Shown in pieces: positions 56,259 through 64,000 of a stretch of DNA of 64,000 nucleotides (position 1 is the stretch's first letter; each line of letters starts with the position of its first letter). Origin of the DNA: an uncultured Shewanella sp. (GTDB lineage Bacteria > Pseudomonadota > Gammaproteobacteria > Enterobacterales > Shewanellaceae); contig NZ_CANMIO010000017.1 in NCBI RefSeq assembly GCF_947497935.1, forward strand, positions 14,561-78,560, in the 5' to 3' direction. The notes beneath the pieces were generated by a model. The model was given only the letters and a program-made list of their open reading frames with translations. It did not search any database and was not told the DNA's origin. Made by a program: the position numbers and the translations under genes.

Positions 56259-59200
56259 TTAAAATGCCTTCTGCACGTCTTCTGCCATGCCCTTTGTCGG
56301 CATAGGCTTTGGCGTTAGCTCAGGAACAGGTTGTGCTTGCAGCGCGCCCTTCAAGTAGCTTATCGCTTTATCCAACTGTGCATCGTGACCTGTAAATGTG
56401 GCATAGGGTAAGTTGTCGACCTCAATGTCAGGACTCACGCCTCGGCCTTCAATAATCCAGCTGCCATCCATCGCATATTGCGGGTACTCGGCAACTCGAG
56501 CCATACCTCGGTCGGTTAATGCGTTACGGCCAGAAAGCCAGACACCGGCACCTGCAGTCTGCTTACCTATCAAGGGAGCAATCCCTAGTGCCTTAACCCC
56601 TGCCGAGAAGGTTTCGCCATCAGAATATGTAAGCTGATCGGTCAACACTACCAGCTGGCCCCTAAAGGTCTGCTGCATATTACCCGATGGCGTGCCATGG
56701 GTCGGTGCCCAGAATGCCCATGTACGGCGCAGTAGTTTTTCGATAATCCAGCTATCAATATTACCGCCGCGATTACGGCGCACATCGATAATCAAACCAT
56801 CTTTGTCGACATTGGCATAAAACTCACGAGCAAAGCTGGCAATATCACCGCTTCCCATAGCGTATAGGTGCAGATAACCTATCTTACCGTCACTATTTTT
56901 GGTGACTTCATCACTGTTGTGACGCACCCAATCAATATATCTGAGCTTAGCGTTTTTAGACGCTGTGACAGGTTTCACTATGGTCTGGTGTGTTTTACTG
57001 CCGCGCTTAAGTGTCAGTAGTACTTGCTTGCCACCTTGGTTACGCAAAAGTTTAGTCACATCGGCAATATTGCTTAGCTTTTTCGCATTGATAGCGACGA
57101 TCACATCCCCTATCTTGGCATTAACACCCATCTGCATTAATGGCGCCGCCTGTGCAGGCAACTCAGGATCGCCCTGATAGATATGTTCAATCACCACGCC
57201 GGCCTTGGTTTGCTCGAGTCGCGCCCCTAAGCTTGCCGATTTAGCCTTATTAGGATCTTTAGGGCTATCGCCACCGCGCACCTGAGAATGGAGTGAGTCT
57301 AGCTCGCCCATCATCTGCATGAAGATATCATTGAGCTCATGTCGGTCTGTGAGTCTATCGACCAAAGGTTGGTACTTAGCCTTGGTTGCTTGCCAGTCTA
57401 GACCGCGCATGTTTTTGTCATAGAAAGAGTCTCTATGCATCAGCCAGGCATCTTCAAACATCTGCTGCCACTCGCTCGCAGGCTCAATCGCAAGTTGCCA
57501 TAGATTGGTTTGTACTTTGGCGTGGCTAAGCTCTTTAGGCAGCTTGTCACCTGCATCGACAATCAGCATTTCACTGCCCTGCTTAGATTGCTTACGGATA
57601 AACAGCTTTTCGCCATCTTGAGACAGTTGGTACTCGCCAACATCCTTTGAAAAAGTCTCAACCTTAGGGCTAAGCGCGTCAAACTTCACGACTTTAAGTG
57701 TCGACTTACCACTACTTGATGTATCGAGCAGATAGAACTTATCTTTGGCCATCTGCAGAGAGTCATAATTACCGGCACCAATCGGCACCTGCCATAGACG
57801 ACTCGATAGCCCTTGCCACTCGACCTCTGTTGTTACCTCATCGTCATCGGACTTTTTAGCTTCAGACATCAGCTCATTGGGCTTTTGGAAAGCAAAGCGC
57901 GCGTCTTCATTGAGGGCAATAGCAAAAACCTGCGTGCGCTTATCGAACATAGGGCCTAAGTTTCTGTCTCCCCAAGGTGAGCTAGGAGTGGAGACAAATT
58001 TTCGATTAGACAGGAAATATAACCAGTCGCCGTCGGCACTAAAGCTTGGTGAAAAGGACTCATACTTATCGCTGGTTAAAGACTCTGCTCGGTTATTCTT
58101 TAGTGAGTACAGCACGATTTGTGGCCGAGCCTTACCCATTTCGGCCTTAGTTAAGGCAATAAAGCGACTATCAGCAGACCAGACGATATCGGCATAGGGG
58201 CCAAGACCCTCACCTTGCGTGATGATCTTTTTGTTACTGCCCTTTTTAAGATCGAGCAACCACACATTGCCGTCGTAGTCATCATGAGCAAGATAACGGC
58301 CATCGGGAGACAGATGTAGACTCAGCCTTAAAGTCTTACCATCCTTAGTCAGCTGCTTAGACCTGTCACTGCCATCGGCGGCAAACTGCCATACCTCTTG
58401 CTCGCCAGAGGCGTCGCTAATACCGTAGACCCAAGCACCATCTTGACTCATTAGCGCGTGACGCACACGACTCTGCTCTGGCAATGCGACTTCAACTAAG
58501 CGTTGACCATCCGTGCCCGCTATCGCCACATGACTTCGCGCGGTGATCACCACCTTATCGCCATTAGGAGCAAGAGTGGTGGACGTGGCGTACTTCATTG
58601 GCTCTTTTACCCAATGTTCACGCTTTTGTGCAAAGTCGGAGACGAGCTTAATATCGAGAGTCTGCTCTTTGCCGGATGCGATATCGAACAATTTAATATC
58701 GGCGCCCTGTTGAAACACAATGCGCCCTTGATCTAACCGAGCATCGCGAACTTGCCATTCGCTATGGTGGGTATGCTGCTTAACATCAGTGCCATCGGTC
58801 GCCATTGACCAGATGTTGTCATTACCATCGCTATCGCTAATAAAATACAGTCTCGATTGCCACAACATAGGCTGCCTGACTGAGCCTTGATGAGCCTGAG
58901 TCAGCGGTGTGGCTTCTTGCTTAGCGCCTAACTTGAACTTCCACAGCTCGCCTTTAGCGCCGCCGCGATAAACCTTGGCGTTATCCCCTGTGGTCTGTAA
59001 GCCAAATCGAGTGAAATAAAGGTACTCGCCCTTGTCATCCATGGCGCCTTCAATCGCATCGGCTAATGGGAGATCTTCTGTTATCAAAGTGTCGGGATCG
59101 ACGGTTCTTAGTACCCAGTAATTCGCCGGGCCAAATGCATTATCGGTTGAATAAAGCACCTTGCCATTAGCAGTCCACCCTTGAACGCGAACGCGGCTAT

Positions 59201-59537
59201 TTTCAAAGCTCACCCGCTTAGCTTGTCCACCAGCAATCGCAATAACGTAGACCTCAGTTGAGCCTTCATAGTTGGCAACATAAGCCACAGACTTACCATC
59301 GGGGGAGATTGTCGCTCCAAGCTCCTGTGCCGGTAAACTCGTCAAGCGCTTCGCTTGAGGGTCACCTAAAGATTGTGTCCAAAGATCGCCTTCAGCGGTA
59401 AAGACTAGGGTCTGTTGATTCAATGCTGGCGCACGAAAGTAACCCGGCTTTACAGTGGATTCAGCGGCAAAAGAGGGGGAAATATTAATCGTGCCTAAGG
59501 CAAGCATGCAGCATGCGAGAGAGTGACGGAGTTTCAT
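56259..59537 (-). CDS. Tricorn-like S41 peptidase with signal peptide
   Basis: PD40/beta-propeller repeats, GELDSLH, PDZ region, DVRRNRGG, YSDGE; start at 59537. Confidence 0.93.
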   Translation of the reverse strand: MKLRHSLACCMLALGTINISPSFAAESTVKPGYFRAPALNQQTLVFTAEGDLWTQSLGDPQAKRLTSLPAQELGATISPDGKSVAYVANYEGSTEVYVIAIAGGQAKRVSFENSRVRVQGWTANGKVLYSTDNAFGPANYWVLRTVDPDTLITEDLPLADAIEGAMDDKGEYLYFTRFGLQTTGDNAKVYRGGAKGELWKFKLGAKQEATPLTQAHQGSVRQPMLWQSRLYFISDSDGNDNIWSMATDGTDVKQHTHHSEWQVRDARLDQGRIVFQQGADIKLFDIASGKEQTLDIKLVSDFAQKREHWVKEPMKYATSTTLAPNGDKVVITARSHVAIAGTDGQRLVEVALPEQSRVRHALMSQDGAWVYGISDASGEQEVWQFAADGSDRSKQLTKDGKTLRLSLHLSPDGRYLAHDDYDGNVWLLDLKKGSNKKIITQGEGLGPYADIVWSADSRFIALTKAEMGKARPQIVLYSLKNNRAESLTSDKYESFSPSFSADGDWLYFLSNRKFVSTPSSPWGDRNLGPMFDKRTQVFAIALNEDARFAFQKPNELMSEAKKSDDDEVTTEVEWQGLSSRLWQVPIGAGNYDSLQMAKDKFYLLDTSSSGKSTLKVVKFDALSPKVETFSKDVGEYQLSQDGEKLFIRKQSKQGSEMLIVDAGDKLPKELSHAKVQTNLWQLAIEPASEWQQMFEDAWLMHRDSFYDKNMRGLDWQATKAKYQPLVDRLTDRHELNDIFMQMMGELDSLHSQVRGGDSPKDPNKAKSASLGARLEQTKAGVVIEHIYQGDPELPAQAAPLMQMGVNAKIGDVIVAINAKKLSNIADVTKLLRNQGGKQVLLTLKRGSKTHQTIVKPVTASKNAKLRYIDWVRHNSDEVTKNSDGKIGYLHLYAMGSGDIASFAREFYANVDKDGLIIDVRRNRGGNIDSWIIEKLLRRTWAFWAPTHGTPSGNMQQTFRGQLVVLTDQLTYSDGETFSAGVKALGIAPLIGKQTAGAGVWLSGRNALTDRGMARVAEYPQYAMDGSWIIEGRGVSPDIEVDNLPYATFTGHDAQLDKAISYLKGALQAQPVPELTPKPMPTKGMAEDVQKAF

Positions 59538-59746
59538 CTTAGCGACCAATCCTATTGTTATTGTTCTAAAAGAATTAATTTCAAGCCAACAAGGTAGCAA
59601 AATTTTCACAAAGCAGCAGCAAAAGAGTCCCAAATAATTATGAGTAAATGTGTTTCATCGACTTGAAGCAAAAAGCCCGCTAATGCGGGCTTTTTCTTGT
59701 GAGTCTTTGTAATACGACTCAAGCTTGGTACTGGTAGTGATATCTG

Positions 59747-60307
59747 TTAATGACCAGACATAATCGCCTGCTGCAACATTAAATATCTTGTATGTAACGT
59801 GTGACTAGGCTCTAACAGCTCAGGTTGTTGCTTTGCTAATTGCTGAAGTAAATCGTGAGCTTCTGCAATTTTCTTCTCTTGAATTAGCTGCTCAATATTA
59901 TCTAGTTGCGCTGTTAAATCAGCATCTACCGACTTAAGCTCACTGCCCTGCACTCTCAGAGCTTGCTCATCCAATTGCTCAACCGCTTGATTAGGATTAT
60001 CCAACGCGCGCATCATCTGTGGCTTAGGCGAAGACATCATCACAGGCTCCCCTTGCTCTAATACATCGCCACTTTTCATTGCCGGATTAATCACAAACAG
60101 GGTCACCACCACTAAAACGGAGGCGGCAGAAGATAAGGACCAGCGGTATTTGCGCCAAAAAGACTGACTCTCTCGTGGCTTAGCGACACGACTACCAGCC
60201 ATTTTCAGGATCTCGGCATCGAGCTGACTCGAAGGCTGCTCTTTATCAATTTGCTGATAAAGCGACTTAATCTCAGCCTCAACTGCCTCATGCTCTTTAT
60301 CTGTCAT
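59747..60307 (-). CDS. Putative anti-sigma factor (single TM)
   Basis: PSSQLDAEIL, WSLSSAASVLVVV; overlaps the ECF sigma stop. Confidence 0.7.
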   Translation of the reverse strand: MTDKEHEAVEAEIKSLYQQIDKEQPSSQLDAEILKMAGSRVAKPRESQSFWRKYRWSLSSAASVLVVVTLFVINPAMKSGDVLEQGEPVMMSSPKPQMMRALDNPNQAVEQLDEQALRVQGSELKSVDADLTAQLDNIEQLIQEKKIAEAHDLLQQLAKQQPELLEPSHTLHTRYLMLQQAIMSGH

Positions 60308-60914
60308 GCTCAGCTCCTTGCCATTTTAAGTCTACGCAATCTTTAAGGCCTTTATAAGCATAACGAATGCGACTCTTTGTTGCCTCTAACGTCGCCCCAG
60401 CTATGTCTGCGATAATCGCAGCGGTAAACCCCATCTCGACGTTTAGTAAAAACGCCTCTTTTTGTACTTGCGGTAAGTTGGCCACACAACCTTTAAGCAG
60501 AGTCGACTTTTGCTTATCTACCATTTGCAGCTCAGGATTAAAATCATCGTTACTTAGCAGGGACTCAGTATCTTGCTCTGGCTCGAAAACTTCACTGAAG
60601 TTATTCACCGGCTTTAATGCCCTAACATGATCGATAATAAGGTTATGAGCGATGCGATATAGCCAAGTGGTAAATTTTGCGCTGGTCTCATAACTGTTGG
60701 CCGCCTTTATCACTCGACTCCAAGTTTCCTGATACAGATCTTCTGCTAGCTGTTGATCATAAATTTGCCGAACGAAGTAGCGGTATAGCGGACCTTTGTG
60801 CTTATTGTAAAGTAGCTCAAACGCTCGAGCGCTGCCTGCGGCATATTGCAACATCAGGGCTTGATCTGAATCGACCTCATTAGATATATCATCTGAGGGC
60901 AAGGGTTGCTCCAC
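60297..60914 (-). CDS. ECF RNA polymerase sigma factor
   Basis: AEDLYQETW, KFTTWLYRIAHN, LPQVQKEAF, ATKSRIRYA. Confidence 0.95.
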   Translation of the reverse strand: MEQPLPSDDISNEVDSDQALMLQYAAGSARAFELLYNKHKGPLYRYFVRQIYDQQLAEDLYQETWSRVIKAANSYETSAKFTTWLYRIAHNLIIDHVRALKPVNNFSEVFEPEQDTESLLSNDDFNPELQMVDKQKSTLLKGCVANLPQVQKEAFLLNVEMGFTAAIIADIAGATLEATKSRIRYAYKGLKDCVDLKWQGAEHDR

Positions 60915-61167
60915 GGTATCTTCCTTAGCTTAAATTTTTCGCTTATTGAGTTTGCATATTACATTAAGCATTGTCTAGTTTATCTAGACTAAACTCATTA
61001 AGCCGAGTTACAGGGGAGCTATAGATTAGTCATGGGTGAGATCCCCATAGGGATAAGTATCAAGATTGTACAAGCAGATGTTGAAGTTGGTGTGGCAGGT
61101 ATAAAAAATGCCACCTAAATGGAAATTTAGATGGCATTTGATATTTACAGGCTAAGTGCCTGTTAAA

Positions 61168-61671
61168 TTAAGCTAGTTTAGCTTGTAGAGCTGCGTCTTT
61201 AGCTTGAACAGCTTCGGCAGACTTTGCACGCTCTTCTTTTACAGCTACAGCTAGAGCATCATCACCTACAGCTAACATTTGCGCTGCTAGGTAACCTGCG
61301 TTTTTAGCACCTGCACTACCAATAGCAACAGTTGCTACTGGAACGCCGCCAGGCATCATTACTGTAGATAGCAGTGCGTCATGGCCTTGTAGTGGACCAC
61401 AATCAACTGGAACACCGATGACTGGACGAGTAGTAATACCCGCTACAGCACCAGCTAAGTGCGCAGCAAGACCTGCAGCACAAATAAAGACTTTACAACC
61501 ACGCGCTTCTGCATCGGTTACGTAGGCATGCGTAGCAGCAGGCGTACGGTGCGCTGAAGTTACTTTAGCTTCAAAGTTGATTTCGAAAGTTCTAAGCACA
61601 TCGAGGGTGGCTTGCATTGTAGGCAGATCTGAATCAGATCCCATTAATACTGCAACAAATGGTTTGCTCAT
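61168..61671 (-). CDS. purE: N5-carboxyaminoimidazole ribonucleotide mutase
   Basis: [30 protein letters not shown]; start at 61671. Confidence 0.97.
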   Translation of the reverse strand: MSKPFVAVLMGSDSDLPTMQATLDVLRTFEINFEAKVTSAHRTPAATHAYVTDAEARGCKVFICAAGLAAHLAGAVAGITTRPVIGVPVDCGPLQGHDALLSTVMMPGGVPVATVAIGSAGAKNAGYLAAQMLAVGDDALAVAVKEERAKSAEAVQAKDAALQAKLA

Positions 61672-62183
61672 TTTAAGTCCTTGAGTAGGGCGGTACATTA
61701 TTATATTTGCGCGCATTATACTGAAATTTAGCGCACTTAGTAAACAGGCTTCCCCCAAGCCTGCGGCGCAATTATCCCTAAGGTTTGCCTCAACTGCAAA
61801 TAACTTATTAATACATATGTATAACAAACCAGTAAAATTATACATAAAGAATTAAACTCTTAAACTAGGCCTCATTTTAGAGCTTACTACGCTAGTAACT
61901 GTGACAAACACGCTAATAACTTAGTTTCTAACTTTGCGCTCAACCGAGAAAAGCCGATATATCAAGAGCGATTTTCGCTTGGCTAAACATGAGAAGTATT
62001 CAATAAGAGAAAAAACACTTAGCAGAGCAGCCCTTCTCGCTAAACTTGCTACAAAGAGAGGATTATTGGATAGATATGAAATGAATAAGAAGCCGCTACA
62101 TAGGTCAAAGATTAGCGCATAACCTTGATAAGGCATGAAAACAAAAAGCCCCTACTGATGTAGAGGCCTAATTCATACTTTAT

Positions 62184-62801
62184 CTAACCAAAAAAGAGTC
62201 GCCATAACCATGAGGAATCTAAATCTTCCTGACACTGCCGATATTGAGTCGCATAGCGTTTAGAGCGCGAATCCACCTTATCAGCCACCTTAATTAACCA
62301 GGCTTTTTGGTTATAGGTTTTACGCTTGTAGCCCCCCCAGCCTTCGTGATAATTAAGATATTGATTACGGGCATCCCATTTAGACACGCCATTAATCTTG
62401 TGGGACTTATAAATAAACCAGCCCATAAAATCCATGGCATCGTCAAAGTTACTTCGGCTCGACCAAGAGTTACCGGTTTCCTTAACGTAATCATCCCAGG
62501 TCATCGTCTTAGCCTGAGCATAGCCATAAGCATCACTGGCGCGACCTATAGGAATAAAGCCTAGAAAATATTCCATAGGGGGCGCAGCATTATGTTTAAA
62601 GGAGCTCTCTTGGTACATCATGGCCAAAGGTACGTGAACCGGAACCCCCCACTTTTCACGGGTATTTTTAGCGGCGCTATACCAAGATCTGTTTTCGGTA
62701 TAAATCGAACAAAGATTCTCAGGATCTTTTGGCGGAGGAGTGGCACACCCGGTCAACAGGGTTGCTAAAATAACAGTCGCAAATAATGCAGGCCATTTCA
62801 T
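62184..62801 (-). CDS. SLT-like transglycosylase domain lipoprotein
   Basis: Lipobox LTGC; MYQESSF; AYGYAQA; YHEG; start at 62801. Confidence 0.85.
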   Translation of the reverse strand: MKWPALFATVILATLLTGCATPPPKDPENLCSIYTENRSWYSAAKNTREKWGVPVHVPLAMMYQESSFKHNAAPPMEYFLGFIPIGRASDAYGYAQAKTMTWDDYVKETGNSWSSRSNFDDAMDFMGWFIYKSHKINGVSKWDARNQYLNYHEGWGGYKRKTYNQKAWLIKVADKVDSRSKRYATQYRQCQEDLDSSWLWRLFFG

Positions 62802-62925
62802 AAAAAACAATACCAATAAGCAGTAATAGCAAAACGCTAGTGTCACACTGATAAGCTAAAGATGCAATTAAGCGTTTAGTGAAATGTGTTACAAATCAAA
62901 TAGGATAAAAGATAGGCTAGCGTGA

Positions 62926-63366
62926 CTAAACCTCAGGAGTTAATTCGCAATCGTGAGCTTCTTGTTGCCACACTTCGGGCCGCCAGAAGCTACTATCATT
63001 GCCTCTGTACACCTTGTCGGTATTCAGTTTCGCGCCGATATGATAGCGCTGGTTATGGGCTACATTCACCTTGAGTTGTTTAGGTGTGCGGGCAGCAAGC
63101 TTGACCTTTAAGCTAGGCGCATCAATTAGCTCGGCAACGGTAAAGGTATGCTCCCCTACACTCAAACGGTAGTTCGGCTGAGAAATCACTGGTTTTCCAT
63201 CGAGATGAGTCACTACCACTCGATAAATATCGGCCTCACGGTCAGGATCCATGTAAGTCGCGACAATGCCACACTGATTAGCGGTATCGGATTGTGAAGC
63301 ACAACCCGATACCATCAATAATAATGCGGCTATGCCTAATACGCCTTTGAGGCCCTTTATCGACAA
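62926..63366 (-). CDS. Hypothetical lipoprotein
   Basis: Lipobox VSGC; directly downstream of gshA. Confidence 0.75.
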   Translation of the reverse strand: MSIKGLKGVLGIAALLLMVSGCASQSDTANQCGIVATYMDPDREADIYRVVVTHLDGKPVISQPNYRLSVGEHTFTVAELIDAPSLKVKLAARTPKQLKVNVAHNQRYHIGAKLNTDKVYRGNDSSFWRPEVWQQEAHDCELTPEV

Positions 63367-63368
63367 AA

Positions 63369-64000
63369 CTAAACCTTAAAGTAATCGACTAAAAACTGAT
63401 CGAAGCTTACGCTTGGTTGCGACTCTAGATATACCTGCTTTTCTAGCGAGTCGACAGCATCTTGCTGATATCGTTTGTCTATACTCTCAGTTAGCGGGTA
63501 AGCTTTCAACTGTTGGTGATACTGCTCGGCAAGCTCCATGACCCACTGACTATGATCGATTTGTTCATCCTTCAGCCCAGCCATGATTTTACCCGACAGA
63601 GTTTCACTTGGATTCTCGACCGCTTTATGCCACTTAGCAAGTGCGACTTGGTAATCGTCTTGACCTTCATCGTCTATCAATTCGGCAATCTGCTTTAAAT
63701 TACCAAATAGCGACTCTAGCCAATGGGTTAAACTTAACTCTTCACCAGAACGCTTTAGCAACAGGCCTGGTTTACGCCCCTCTAAAACAACTGCCTGCAA
63801 GTTTTCAGCAATTTCAGCCTCTTCACTTGCATCCGACGGAGCCGATGGCTGCAGTAAGCAGTTCAATAAGAAGAGATCTAAGAAGCGGATCTGCGACTTT
63901 TCGATGCCGACGGCGCTGTAAGGGTTAACGTCTAACGCTCTAACTTCAATATATTCAACCCCAGCACGTGCTAGAGACTCAGATGGCTTCTCATTGCCCT
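63369..64000 (-). CDS. gshA: Glutamate-cysteine ligase, C-terminal part (runs off the window edge)
   Basis: GVEYIEVRALDVNPYSAVGI..QIRFLDLFLL; VVLEGRKPGL. Confidence 0.93.
   Translation of the reverse strand, partial: GNEKPSESLARAGVEYIEVRALDVNPYSAVGIEKSQIRFLDLFLLNCLLQPSAPSDASEEAEIAENLQAVVLEGRKPGLLLKRSGEELSLTHWLESLFGNLKQIAELIDDEGQDDYQVALAKWHKAVENPSETLSGKIMAGLKDEQIDHSQWVMELAEQYHQQLKAYPLTESIDKRYQQDAVDSLEKQVYLESQPSVSFDQFLVDYFKV

Noticed and set aside
61675-61845. 58-aa N-terminal extension of PurE and a PurR box
   Set aside because: Homology begins at MSKPF (61671); no convincing PurR palindrome seen
61921-62136. Overlapping 62-aa (+) and 71-aa (-) ORFs
   Set aside because: No motif or clear RBS; cannot decide whether either is real without conservation data
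7156-63928. Numerous short ORFs antisense to or nested in long genes (e.g. 7156-7599, 11825-12121, 43061-43402, 57877-58197)
   Set aside because: Fully overlap well-supported genes and show no independent coding signal

Overview
Gammaproteobacterial chromosome, most consistent with Shewanella (inferred from gene content and the tmRNA-type 3' end CCCGCCGCCTCCACCA). Bases 1-13633 are the right part of an AT-rich island ending at an ssrA-type att duplication. It carries type I R-M genes (hsdM, partial hsdS), a serine recombinase with res-like sites, a decayed P4-family integrase, two AlpA genes, a YagK/inovirus-Gp2 HUH-motif protein, and a four-gene minus-strand cluster: coiled-coil NxD McrB-like NTPase, an 882-aa McrC-like nuclease with tandem Zn-ribbons, a NucS-like nuclease and an HTH-like protein. 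The rest is mostly ordinary chromosome (nfsA, fadE, kef pair, purE, gshA, transport and regulatory genes) with several unusual loci: a bshA-like glycosyltransferase coupled to a DAACS/binding-protein fusion and a beta-barrel; an integrase-less attC cassette array bracketed by two inverted 90-bp foldback repeats; a KxRH-type NrfA behind nnrS and an NsrR-like box; an rsgA paralogue with a leader ORF and hairpins; and a candidate sRNA. No CRISPR array, rRNA or complete tRNA was seen. All family assignments come from recognising motifs by eye; no database searches were run.
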